Of a stretch of 64,000 nt of DNA, positions 37,585-47,163 are shown in pieces. Position numbers and translations under genes: made by a program. Source of the DNA: a virus (taxonomy: Duplodnaviria; Caudoviricetes); the IMG/VR virus record IMGVR_UViG_3300044723_007969; one strand, 5' to 3'. Under the pieces are notes generated by a model, which ran no database searches, was not told where the DNA came from, and saw nothing but the letters and a program-made list of their open reading frames with translations. The stretch's first letter is position 1. Every line of letters begins with the position of its first letter.

Positions 37585-38669
37585 TCGAGGTGCTCCATTA
37601 TTTCGGGTATGTTAATTTTAAAGTTGATCATGTCACTGAAACGTTTTATACCTTTTGGTTTAGATCCGTCTTTTGAAGGAATTGGTTCCACCTCTGCCAA
37701 ATATAATTTATGCTGTAGATTTAGATTGTGTGACAACAACGGATATACCTTTTTGTGTATCATGTTTTTATCCTGTATCTCTATGACTTTCGTTCCAGGC
37801 TGACACCACAACAAGTTCACCAACCCTGCACCATGTGCCGCAACAACATGTGATGCCTCTGCAAAGGTCTTCATTTGTTCTCGTATTGACATTTGTTCCA
37901 ATGCAACAGTTTCCCATCCTTTTAATTTTAATAATAACTCATCGGAGTTTACTAATTTCCTACTTTTTGCTCCGGGTCTTAGCACCACTATCTTTCTGTG
38001 TGGCGTTACACCTCTTAGATTTTTGAGACCTTTGAAATGTCGCAACCATGGCGCAAGTGGAGGAACAATCACTCCGTCTTTTGAGTTACTCATACTAGGC
38101 ACGATCAAGTGTTTGAATTTCCACGTGGCACCCTTAGGCATCACAACAATCTTAACATTTGGAAATAATTCTTTACATACCTTTTCAAAGTAAGCACTAT
38201 GGTTGGCCAAAACAAAACAGTATCTTGTGAAATTTGTGGACCATCTTTTTTCTAACAATCTAAATTTAGAAATAACGTCAATCCATATGTGCCATGGATT
38301 GTTTTGACTGTCGTCATCGATCGGCAACCACACGTATGTGTCCTTCTCATGAAAAAACTCAGTGATCGGAGGCATCTCAACAGACATCTCGTCCTTCCAT
38401 TCTTTCCACAGGCCGTGTGTCTTGTGAGGTTTGTGTTTGTTCTTGTGAGTTATTGGCCACACATATTCTGTGATCATTTTATTTTCTCTAGTCATTAGTA
38501 AAGGACAGGTGTTAACCTTACATTCATGAAACTCTGCAACGAATGTTGGTAAACTAGTGAACGTTGGATCTATTGACTCGTGATAACGTACTGTGTAGTT
38601 GTACTCGGGATCTACCATTTCCCACCTATCAAGGAAATACTTCAGGGAGTTTATATTTTTTACTGACAT
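37581..38669 (-). CDS. glycosyltransferase family 61 (DUF563)
   Basis: NPWHIWID, RKLVN, EQMKTF, AAHGAGLVNLLWC. Confidence 0.85.
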   Translation of the reverse strand: MSVKNINSLKYFLDRWEMVDPEYNYTVRYHESIDPTFTSLPTFVAEFHECKVNTCPLLMTRENKMITEYVWPITHKNKHKPHKTHGLWKEWKDEMSVEMPPITEFFHEKDTYVWLPIDDDSQNNPWHIWIDVISKFRLLEKRWSTNFTRYCFVLANHSAYFEKVCKELFPNVKIVVMPKGATWKFKHLIVPSMSNSKDGVIVPPLAPWLRHFKGLKNLRGVTPHRKIVVLRPGAKSRKLVNSDELLLKLKGWETVALEQMSIREQMKTFAEASHVVAAHGAGLVNLLWCQPGTKVIEIQDKNMIHKKVYPLLSHNLNLQHKLYLAEVEPIPSKDGSKPKGIKRFSDMINFKINIPEIMEHLE

Positions 38670-38700
38670 TTTATTAATAATTATGTTATAATACACGATC

Positions 38701-39363
38701 ATGATATTATTTTCAAACGGATGTAGTTTTCTTACACCCAGGCCCAAAGACGGCGTGGACACATTTACCACAAAGATAATCGCTGAAAATTACGGTATGG
38801 ATTTAGTAAATCTGTCAATGGGAGGAAGAGGTAACACCAGGGTAGGATTCTCCACTAAAGTTTGGGTTGAACAAAACAAAGGCAAAGATATTTTTGCTGT
38901 GATAGGTTGGTCCAGTGCTGTCAGAAATGATTACATAACAGATGATGGGTGGAAGAAAGGACGTATACCGGGCACCGATCTTACTTGGCGTACCTGGAAA
39001 ACATTGGATAATGTAAGTTTCATACGAAGTCGTAAAGGATGGGATATAGAAAACAATCTCACTATGAATTTTCTTGATAATGTTTTTGACTTACAGAACT
39101 ACTTCGAGCGTAAGCAAATACCCTATGTGATGTATAACTCTTTACCCAATGACTTTGGTAACGGCACAGAAGACTTTCATGTGATTAGGAACGCAATCAA
39201 CATGGATAGATTTTTCAGTCCAAACATAAGTCATCTTGAATTTGTTTCCGATAAAAAATTGATAGTGAGTCCAAACGATCCTCATCCATCTGCAGAAGGA
39301 CACAATCAATGGGCCGAACAACTTATGGAATTTATAGATGCTAACAATTTACGCACCATTTAA
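38701..39363 (+). CDS. SGNH-like hydrolase/acetyltransferase
   Basis: NGCSF, NLSMGGRGN, DPHPSAEGH. Confidence 0.72.
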   Translation: MILFSNGCSFLTPRPKDGVDTFTTKIIAENYGMDLVNLSMGGRGNTRVGFSTKVWVEQNKGKDIFAVIGWSSAVRNDYITDDGWKKGRIPGTDLTWRTWKTLDNVSFIRSRKGWDIENNLTMNFLDNVFDLQNYFERKQIPYVMYNSLPNDFGNGTEDFHVIRNAINMDRFFSPNISHLEFVSDKKLIVSPNDPHPSAEGHNQWAEQLMEFIDANNLRTI

Positions 39364-40150
39364 TAATAAGAACAGCAAGGCATATGAAGTGTTTGATGGC
39401 GTACAGAAGTCTTGGCCAGAACAAACTAAACTGTTAAACAATCAAACTGAAATAGAACCAGTAGCGAACAGCATGTTCTGGGGATTTGTTGGCAATAATA
39501 GAGCAATGGTCAAAAAACTCGAAGCACGTAAACATCAGTTTTGGTTCACAGATACTCCATACTTTGGAAGATTTGATAACAATAATCTAAAACCTAACAA
39601 TCATTATTGGCGTATTTGTAAAAATAAAATTCATGCATCGTATATTAAAATGTGTAAGTCTGATAGGTTTGATAAATTTGGAATTAAAATTAAAGCACCC
39701 AATTTCAAAGGCAGTTACGTATTAGTGTGTCCTAGTTCGGCAGGTATACACGAGTATTTAGACAAACCAAACTGGACGAAAGACATTGTAAAACAAATTA
39801 AAAGATACACAGACAGACCGATAAAAATTCGACACAAACCACGTGGCAGAGGAACGTCAGGACCAAGTGAGGCAACAGTTCCCTTATCTGAGGATCTTAA
39901 AGATGCTTGGGTGTGTATAACAAGTTGTTCGATAGCGGCCGTTGAAGCACAGTGCATGGGCATACCTGTAATATGTGATGAAAAAAGTTTTGCCAAAGAA
40001 GTCGGAGGACAAGAACTTTCAAATATTGAAAATCCTTATTTTGTTGGTTGTGAGGATTGGCTTTACAGTCTGGCATATCAACAGTTTACTCCTGAAGAAA
40101 TTGTCAACGGAAAAGCAGTAGAGATATTAATGGACAAAGGTCTGCTATGA
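39338..40150 (+). CDS. KpsS/KpsC-like GT-B glycosyltransferase
   Basis: TDTPYF, IKIRHKP, TSCSIAAVEAQCMGIPVI, WLYSLAYQQF. Confidence 0.72.
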   Translation: MLTIYAPFNNKNSKAYEVFDGVQKSWPEQTKLLNNQTEIEPVANSMFWGFVGNNRAMVKKLEARKHQFWFTDTPYFGRFDNNNLKPNNHYWRICKNKIHASYIKMCKSDRFDKFGIKIKAPNFKGSYVLVCPSSAGIHEYLDKPNWTKDIVKQIKRYTDRPIKIRHKPRGRGTSGPSEATVPLSEDLKDAWVCITSCSIAAVEAQCMGIPVICDEKSFAKEVGGQELSNIENPYFVGCEDWLYSLAYQQFTPEEIVNGKAVEILMDKGLL

Positions 40151-40788
40151 GTATAGAACAATTATCTAATGGATTATGGGTGCCATCAAACGATGCACAG
40201 ATAGAACAATGGCGTGAAAAAGGACATCCTTACATGCAGGACACCTGTCTAAATAAATTGATAGAGTGGTGTAAGAAGAATGACATGAAATTTAATTGTA
40301 TAGTTGATGTGGGAGCATGGTGCGGCACCTGGACATTGTCTATGCAACAATTTGCAAAAAAGATTCATTGCTACGAACCTAACAACATACACTACGAATG
40401 CCTCCTAAGGAACATAAGTCCATACATTCATATAGAATCACACAATCAAGCAGTAGGCAACGAAGACGGACATATAAAGTTAACAAAAGAAAGTGCTACC
40501 CAGAACACTAGGGTGTTGCTAGAAAAAGGTGATATCTGGATAAACAAACTTGATCATTTAGGATACAAGGATGTAGATTTCATAAAGATAGATGTTGAAG
40601 GATTAGAGATGGAAGTACTTAAGGGTGCGGAAAAAACTCTAGAAAATGTCAAATACTTAATGATAGAATTAAACGGCAACAGTGAGAAATACGGTAGCAG
40701 TAAGAAAGATATAAAGGAACATTTGAAATCCTTGGGATTCAACGTCTTGATCAAATCTTGGCCAGATATAATTTATTACAAAGCATGA
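40147..40788 (+). CDS. FkbM-family methyltransferase
   Basis: VDVGAWCG, YEP, IKIDVEGLE. Confidence 0.88.
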   Translation: MSIEQLSNGLWVPSNDAQIEQWREKGHPYMQDTCLNKLIEWCKKNDMKFNCIVDVGAWCGTWTLSMQQFAKKIHCYEPNNIHYECLLRNISPYIHIESHNQAVGNEDGHIKLTKESATQNTRVLLEKGDIWINKLDHLGYKDVDFIKIDVEGLEMEVLKGAEKTLENVKYLMIELNGNSEKYGSSKKDIKEHLKSLGFNVLIKSWPDIIYYKA

Positions 40789-41390
40789 TGTACGATTATC
40801 TAAAAAAACTTAAGACAGAAAAAAATTTTATGCCAATGAAAATCCTAGACATAGGTGCTAACATAGGATTCTGGACCAATAGTGTAAAACCAATATGGCC
40901 TGATGCAGAATACACTTGCATAGAAGCAGGACCAAAATATGAAAAACATTTGAAAGAAATTGCCCACAATTATCACATCGCTGTGCTTGGAGATAGTAAT
41001 AGAGAAGTTAAAATGTATCTACGTGAGATAGACAAGGGAAGTAAAAAGAAGATCACTTACACAAAAGGCTCAACAGTGTTTGGCATTTTCAAAGATCACG
41101 AGATCAGACAGATGCAGACTTTGGATCAATTGGTTGGCAAGGATGCACAGTTTGATTTGATAAAACAGGATGTGCAGGGTGCCGAAATTATGATTATGAA
41201 AGGTGCTCCTGAAATATTCGCACGTGCCAAGTACGTTGTTCAAGAAATCAATACACACAAGGACAAACAATTCCCTGACATGCCATCAGAAAGCGAAATG
41301 GACGAATTTATGTTTGAATTAGGATTTGACAACAGTGAAGTCATCGAACAGAAGTCTAACGTTGATCAGATAGATAAGATTTATTTTTAA
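40785..41390 (+). CDS. FkbM-family methyltransferase
   Basis: LDIGANIG, IKQDVQGAE. Confidence 0.88.
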   Translation: MMYDYLKKLKTEKNFMPMKILDIGANIGFWTNSVKPIWPDAEYTCIEAGPKYEKHLKEIAHNYHIAVLGDSNREVKMYLREIDKGSKKKITYTKGSTVFGIFKDHEIRQMQTLDQLVGKDAQFDLIKQDVQGAEIMIMKGAPEIFARAKYVVQEINTHKDKQFPDMPSESEMDEFMFELGFDNSEVIEQKSNVDQIDKIYF

Positions 41391-41392
41391 TT

Positions 41393-42067
41393 CTATGAAC
41401 TAAAAAGATTTATTAGCTCTTTCTTCCAGTCATCTGCATATTCACAATCTCGATAACCGTCGAACCATGGCCCACCTTCGGTGTAGTGTAATACTTTTGG
41501 TGTGCCGTCTCTAGGCTCCTTATACCAGCCTACCAACCAGTTGTACTCTGCGGGCATTGAACCTATCTCATTGTCTTTCAACCAACTGAACCTGTGCAGG
41601 AACTTCGGTGATTCTTCGTTCAGTAATTCTGGGGTCAACATTTTATTCTTTTCGTGTTCGCAATTCCAAAGCACCATGCTTGACCAGTTCTTCCTAGGAT
41701 ATGATGTCTGTACCTGTCCATCCATTTTTGTTGTCTCTTTTGGAGTGTAGTCGTGTTGTACAACGACAACTGCTTTTGAGTCGTCACAGTATTTCTCAAG
41801 TTCATGGCTTGGTATCTTCCATAGGAAATCACAATCACAGAACACCGCCCATCCTTTGAAGTCATTCATGTAAGGCACGAAGAACCTTGTGAATGTGAAT
41901 TCAGTTGATGCCAACTTGTCCACAGGCCTGGTGTACAGTCCTTGGTCTCGCATCTGTTTTTGTTTGAGGGGGATGACTTCCGCTGACGGATCTCGTCTTT
42001 TTATAGAATGCTCACAGACTTGGTATGCTATGTCTTCTCTGCTGTCGTGCCCTACATATATTTTCAC
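41393..42067 (-). CDS. GT-A glycosyltransferase (GT8-like)
   Basis: IYVGHDSRE, STEFTFTRF, FCDCD, PRKNWSS, HYTEGGPW; GTG start 5 nt after TAAATA. Confidence 0.85.
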   Translation of the reverse strand: MKIYVGHDSREDIAYQVCEHSIKRRDPSAEVIPLKQKQMRDQGLYTRPVDKLASTEFTFTRFFVPYMNDFKGWAVFCDCDFLWKIPSHELEKYCDDSKAVVVVQHDYTPKETTKMDGQVQTSYPRKNWSSMVLWNCEHEKNKMLTPELLNEESPKFLHRFSWLKDNEIGSMPAEYNWLVGWYKEPRDGTPKVLHYTEGGPWFDGYRDCEYADDWKKELINLFSS

Positions 42068-42096
42068 ATCAATATTTAACTTATAAATATTTCCAT

Positions 42097-42789
42097 ATGC
42101 AAATTTCAGAACGTTGCCGAGAGTATGAAAGTAGATTTCCTCTATCACCCAGTGGCGGTCCAGTAAATCAACAAGGATGGACGCGGTACAAACAGTACAG
42201 CACACCCGACCACGTAAGGAAAAATGCAAGAATGTTTTGGAACTTTGGTGTTTCTAGGGAGATCAGGTACGAACTCAATTGCAGGAAAGACAATCGCACA
42301 GCAAAGATATTGACCTTTGATCCAACACCGTTATCAAAACAGACCACAGACAGTGCCAATGGGGGTGATTACAATATTATTCATACAAGCAAAGCCTATG
42401 ACACAGTGGCAGGGCAGACAATGAAGTTTTACGATGTCGCTGGTGATGGCAAGTGTTTTCAGTTAGACGAGCCGGAGAAATACGAGAATGTGATAGAAGT
42501 ACAAACAACTAATCTCAAAGAGATCGTTGATCAGCACGGCGCTGAAGTAGATATTATAAAATTAGACGTGGAAGGACGTTGGTATGAGATGTTGAACGAA
42601 ATACTGGATTTGTCTTTGCCAGCAAAAGTGATCCTGTGTGAATGCGAAATGGATATAGGTGACACAGATAACAACTTTAATAGACTAGACGAGATAGTGG
42701 AAAAATATCAAAGTCGTGGATATAAAGTTTGGACAAACAGAATTGGTAAAAAACAAAACATCGAACTTATTTTTACCAACAATATATAG
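42097..42789 (+). CDS. FkbM-like methyltransferase
   Basis: NFGV, FDPTP, IIKLDVEG. Confidence 0.72.
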   Translation: MQISERCREYESRFPLSPSGGPVNQQGWTRYKQYSTPDHVRKNARMFWNFGVSREIRYELNCRKDNRTAKILTFDPTPLSKQTTDSANGGDYNIIHTSKAYDTVAGQTMKFYDVAGDGKCFQLDEPEKYENVIEVQTTNLKEIVDQHGAEVDIIKLDVEGRWYEMLNEILDLSLPAKVILCECEMDIGDTDNNFNRLDEIVEKYQSRGYKVWTNRIGKKQNIELIFTNNI

Positions 42790-42793
42790 ATTG

Positions 42794-43420
42794 TTATTTT
42801 CTTCCTGAAACTATTTGGTGTATGTCTTTCCAATTACTCACACGTACAACGTCAGGATGAGTGAAGTCCCGATTGTATGGATGGTCTATTAATATAGGCT
42901 TTAAACCGTATTTGAGCCCCAGTACAGCGTTCTTTGGCTTGTCCTCGACCCAATATAGTCCGGTATCATGAAACTCCGCTAAAGCACTATCTTTGTCCGC
43001 TCCTGTTCCTAGAATATGATAATTTGTGAATATATGTTCTCCAAACAGTTCTCCTAATCTCTTCTTACGTAATTGCTGTCCAGGTATGTCTGATGTCTGC
43101 GATGTTATAGGTATGAACGTCCATCCCTCCGCGGCCAACAGTTTGACCCATGTTTGTGATTCCAACATTGGTCTCTGTGTACCCATCCAAGCACTCCTGT
43201 TAAATTCCCTTATCTCTTGTCTAATTGTGTCTTTGCTGACTCCATACCTGGTCGCCATATCATATTCGTTCAGCATATCCGGTAATTGTTTATAGGGATA
43301 ATATCTCGTTCCTTTTTCATCGAAATATGATCTCAGCGACATCCATTTAGAAAAATGGTATTCCCATTCTAGCAATACACCATCTACGTCTGTGAGTATG
43401 ATCCTATTTGATGTCGGCAT
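42794..43420 (-). CDS. HAD-family 5'(3')-deoxyribonucleotidase-like protein
   Basis: TDVDGVL, WVEDK, HPYN. Confidence 0.82.
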   Translation of the reverse strand: MPTSNRIILTDVDGVLLEWEYHFSKWMSLRSYFDEKGTRYYPYKQLPDMLNEYDMATRYGVSKDTIRQEIREFNRSAWMGTQRPMLESQTWVKLLAAEGWTFIPITSQTSDIPGQQLRKKRLGELFGEHIFTNYHILGTGADKDSALAEFHDTGLYWVEDKPKNAVLGLKYGLKPILIDHPYNRDFTHPDVVRVSNWKDIHQIVSGRK

Positions 43421-43865
43421 CTTCCATTCCCGCGACTCTCAGTTTGACAATGTTTGTGATCTGCCATTGCTTCTGGTCAAGTCCCTTGGTTATGCCCAGC
43501 CATTGATTTCTGATTAGTGCGAAGTCGTTTATGATCTTGTCCATGTCGACTACATCATCCTCGCCATCCACATACTTCTCTGCATCTCTGCTTGAGAGTG
43601 CCCTGTTGTAATTTTCTAAGTATTTCCTGAAAGTCTTTGATCTCAGTCTCCTCAATTCAATGTTTAGGTATTCTAATATCGCTTCTAACTGTTGTAGTTG
43701 ACTGAATCTTTCTTCCACTATGCCTGGTAGTGCGGCACTGGCCCTTTCCAGGTTACCGTAGATCTTGCACTGCTTCTTGGCCTCCAACAACTCCTTGTCG
43801 AAGTATGCCACGCAGTCTGGTATCTTTGCTAGGTTCCTGCTGACTTCGTTGTACCAATTAATCAT
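43404..43865 (-). CDS. uvsY: recombination mediator UvsY
   Basis: YVDGEDDV...KGLDQKQWQITN; next to uvsX. Confidence 0.78.
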   Translation of the reverse strand: MINWYNEVSRNLAKIPDCVAYFDKELLEAKKQCKIYGNLERASAALPGIVEERFSQLQQLEAILEYLNIELRRLRSKTFRKYLENYNRALSSRDAEKYVDGEDDVVDMDKIINDFALIRNQWLGITKGLDQKQWQITNIVKLRVAGMEDADIK

Positions 43866-44091
43866 CTTCGCCGTATCCGTCTGACTCATCGTCTTCCTCG
43901 AACACAGTGTTGATCGCTTCTTCTAACTTGGGATCGTATTCAGCAGACGCCTTGATCTCGTCGTGCTCCACTCCTATGTCCTCTAGGCTCTTGATGAAGT
44001 CTATGGCACAATCCAGTTTCTGTCTCTCTGGAACGTAGTGTGTTATGGAGTTCCATAACCTTTCGATGTCCTCGTGTGTAAAGTCTATCAT
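43858..44091 (-). CDS. acidic hypothetical protein
   Basis: Coupled between uvsX and uvsY. Confidence 0.7.
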   Translation of the reverse strand: MIDFTHEDIERLWNSITHYVPERQKLDCAIDFIKSLEDIGVEHDEIKASAEYDPKLEEAINTVFEEDDESDGYGEDD

Positions 44092-45194
44092 TACTCTTCT
44101 TTTTTACTCTTTGCTTTTGGTTTTGTTTCTGTTTCTACTTCGATAGGGGCATCTGTGTCTTCCATTTCGGTAGGTACTTCTTCTTTGAACTCTGCCATTA
44201 TCATATCTAATTTATCACCAACCCATGCTTTCCTGAAGTCTATGTGTTCTTTACCTGCTTTATCAACATACTTCAGCCTGTTTCCTGTTTGGACTAACAG
44301 TCCTTTTTTCTCGAACAGATCCACAAGTCCACTGTAGGGATCCATGCCTGTGTCATAAGGAATCTTGACTTGTACACCTTCAAAAGGTTTGGCATATCTG
44401 GTCTTCATGACTTTACAAGCGGCTCTTATACCTCTCACATCTGAAACTTTATTGCCTGCTTCATCTTCTTTTAATTTTAATTTTTTCATTGCAACAACGA
44501 TAGAACTTGCATAGATAAATCCTTGTCCGCCTGATATCTTGTCATCTGGATCAAACATGTCCTGTGATGCGTATGTGTGGTTGGTTGCTATAAGTCCTAC
44601 ATTCCAACTACCAAACATGTTCACACAGTTTCTTACAAGTGCTGTCAAAGCCTTAGGCTTTCTACCCAAGTCACCCTTCATGTCACCTGCCTCAAACTGA
44701 TTAACGTCTGTTGGTGTAAGCATCATGCCCAGACTGTCTATAACGAATAGTACTTTAGGTGCACCTTCCTTATTGTCTGCGTGTTGCTCTTTGTAGCCTT
44801 TCATGAACTCTGAAACAGTTTTTGCAACATCATCAACCATTGACATACTCAATTTTAATAGTTTGTCTTCTGATGTGTCCACTTTCAATGCCTGTAACCA
44901 TTTCTCATCTAGTGCATTCTCTGTGTCGATCAATATAACGAAGATGCCTTGCTCTTGTGCATTCTTGATTATGTTTCCTGATGCTATGTAACTTTTTCCC
45001 GCTCCTGATTCACCTGCAAGTACAGTCACTTTTCCTAGTGGAATACCTTTGTTGAAATCACTGGTCATCAAATAGTTCAATGCGTAATTTCCTGTTGAGA
45101 TCCAATCTGTTGGATCACTAAATCCTATGCCTAAGCCTTGGATTGATTTTGTAATACTCTTTCTAAACTTTGTTGCGTCAAATACTTTTGTCAT
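44091..45194 (-). CDS. uvsX: RecA-like recombinase UvsX
   Basis: GESGAGKS, IDTENA, VIDSLG, NHTY, SGG. Confidence 0.93.
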   Translation of the reverse strand: MTKVFDATKFRKSITKSIQGLGIGFSDPTDWISTGNYALNYLMTSDFNKGIPLGKVTVLAGESGAGKSYIASGNIIKNAQEQGIFVILIDTENALDEKWLQALKVDTSEDKLLKLSMSMVDDVAKTVSEFMKGYKEQHADNKEGAPKVLFVIDSLGMMLTPTDVNQFEAGDMKGDLGRKPKALTALVRNCVNMFGSWNVGLIATNHTYASQDMFDPDDKISGGQGFIYASSIVVAMKKLKLKEDEAGNKVSDVRGIRAACKVMKTRYAKPFEGVQVKIPYDTGMDPYSGLVDLFEKKGLLVQTGNRLKYVDKAGKEHIDFRKAWVGDKLDMIMAEFKEEVPTEMEDTDAPIEVETETKPKAKSKKEE

Positions 45195-46021
45195 AATTTT
45201 TGATTCCTTTCCATTATTATATTTGCCTTGCTATCTTTTGTCAAATGTTCTAAGTCTAATATTTCAACTTTACCAATTGGTAATAAACCTATTCCGTTTT
45301 TTTTATCTTTGGGATCAATGTTATTGTACCCACACCAATTCAAAAACCCCTTATCAAAAATGTTTTCTCTGTCTGTTAGTTCAATTCGAATATCAGCACC
45401 GATATAATGATTGTTTTTTGTGGCTTCATAATCAAGTGGTAAGTTGTCTTTCCACAAATCATAATAACTTTTTCCTAACTCGTTGTATCCTAGATATACT
45501 TCATTTTTTTTTGCGTAGAATTGTATAAGATCATATTCTTTGTCAATAAGTTTTACTCTTGGCATTGTTTCTCTTTTTTTAGTCCATTGTATAGTCAAGT
45601 GTTCCGATGTGTTTTTGTTTGAATTGTGTTCCAACGCATGAACACAAAAATTTAAATCTCGAATACTTTCTTGTATGTGCATTGGTGCTATTTTCATTAG
45701 TTTAGTTGGGTTATCAAATTCTCCAGACAGTTTTTCAAATGATATGTGTAATGTATTGTATAAATCTTGATCCTCCCAATTTATTTTTTTTGGTATTTTT
45801 ATGAATTCTCTTCGTAAAAAACTGTTAATGTGTGCTACAGCATCTAGCAAGGTTTTTTTTATCTCATCACGTGTACGCAGATTAAAAAAAGATCTTATAT
45901 GATCTATGTCTTCACCGTCGCCAACATATATGGATTCAATCAAGTTCTTCCATTTATTGGCAACGGTGTGATCATAAAGATCTATACGAAATGCGGGCTT
46001 CCCATCAATCTCGTATAACAT
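45191..46021 (-). CDS. AT-rich hypothetical protein
   Basis: 276-aa ORF between gp32 and uvsX. Confidence 0.75.
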   Translation of the reverse strand: MLYEIDGKPAFRIDLYDHTVANKWKNLIESIYVGDGEDIDHIRSFFNLRTRDEIKKTLLDAVAHINSFLRREFIKIPKKINWEDQDLYNTLHISFEKLSGEFDNPTKLMKIAPMHIQESIRDLNFCVHALEHNSNKNTSEHLTIQWTKKRETMPRVKLIDKEYDLIQFYAKKNEVYLGYNELGKSYYDLWKDNLPLDYEATKNNHYIGADIRIELTDRENIFDKGFLNWCGYNNIDPKDKKNGIGLLPIGKVEILDLEHLTKDSKANIIMERNQKL

Positions 46022-46029
46022 TTGTCAGA

Positions 46030-47034
46030 TTATTTCGCTTGTCTTGATCTGATCAGTTTCAGTATGTCTTCCGCCCTCTTGGCACTGTCACCTGCAGAAG
46101 CCGCCGTAGCCGCCGCTGTTGGTTGTGGTGCAGATTCAGTTACGGGTGCAGTTGTAGTCACTGGTGCACTTGTTGGTGCCGCTTCTACTACTGGTGCCGC
46201 CGCTGGAGCCGATGCTGTTGGTACTTGTACCTGTGGTTTGCCTTGATAGGCCATACCCGCTGGTCTGAAGTACTGTCCATACTGCTCAAGATCATAAGCC
46301 TCACCTTCAACAGATTTCGCAAATAATTCTGCAATTATTTTGACTTCTGCTTCTGTTGGCTCTTTTGGTCTGAAGTCACCTAGGTTATATAAACCATGTG
46401 TATCAATTGCGGCTCTTTCTGCCTCATCTAATGCACGTTCTCTTCTTGACCATTTTGATGTTGAGTAATCAGCATAACCACCTTTGGTAGTTTTGTTGAT
46501 TCTGAAGTCAACACCTTTTACATAATCAGTTGGCATTTCTTCCATCTCTGGATCCATTAATGCACTTCTAATGATGTTAAAGATTTGAGGACCAATTATG
46601 AATCTTCTAATTGGATTCTCAGGTGTTGAGTCTTCTGTTAGTGGATTCGTTGTGACAAAACCTTGGAAGATGTAACTTTTCTTCTTCCAATATTTTCTTC
46701 CCATGTCTTCCATGCTCTTGTCTTTGAACCATGGTCTAACTTCTGTCAGTACTGGACAAGATTTGCCATACATCTCCATGCACGGTACTTGTACTTGTAC
46801 TGGTCTAGAATCAGTCTGACCTTTAATACCTGCGAAAGGTAATTTGATCATGTTTCTTTCAGTCCAGAAGAAAGTGTTGTTTGTGTCCTTATCTGGTAAG
46901 AACCTAACAACTGCTTCTGAGCCTTCTGCTATATTCCAGTGTGGGTAAATGGCGTTGTCTCCGCCTGTGTTGGAAGTGGAGCGATTCACTTCTTGAGATT
47001 TTAACTTCGCTCTTATTTCAGCCAATGATGCCAT
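46030..47034 (-). CDS. single-stranded DNA-binding protein (T4 gp32)
   Basis: VRFLP, CMEMYGKSCPV, GYADYSTSKW; SD AGGAGG. Confidence 0.88.
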   Translation of the reverse strand: MASLAEIRAKLKSQEVNRSTSNTGGDNAIYPHWNIAEGSEAVVRFLPDKDTNNTFFWTERNMIKLPFAGIKGQTDSRPVQVQVPCMEMYGKSCPVLTEVRPWFKDKSMEDMGRKYWKKKSYIFQGFVTTNPLTEDSTPENPIRRFIIGPQIFNIIRSALMDPEMEEMPTDYVKGVDFRINKTTKGGYADYSTSKWSRRERALDEAERAAIDTHGLYNLGDFRPKEPTEAEVKIIAELFAKSVEGEAYDLEQYGQYFRPAGMAYQGKPQVQVPTASAPAAAPVVEAAPTSAPVTTTAPVTESAPQPTAAATAASAGDSAKRAEDILKLIRSRQAK

Positions 47035-47163
47035 AATGTAAGCCTCCTTTATTGTGCCTGTGTTTGTTTTAGTTTGCCTAAATGTATATTAGACATATAG
47101 TACATAATATACAACTATATTTATCTAAAGTCTACTACTATTATTGGTAATATGGAAGTTTTA

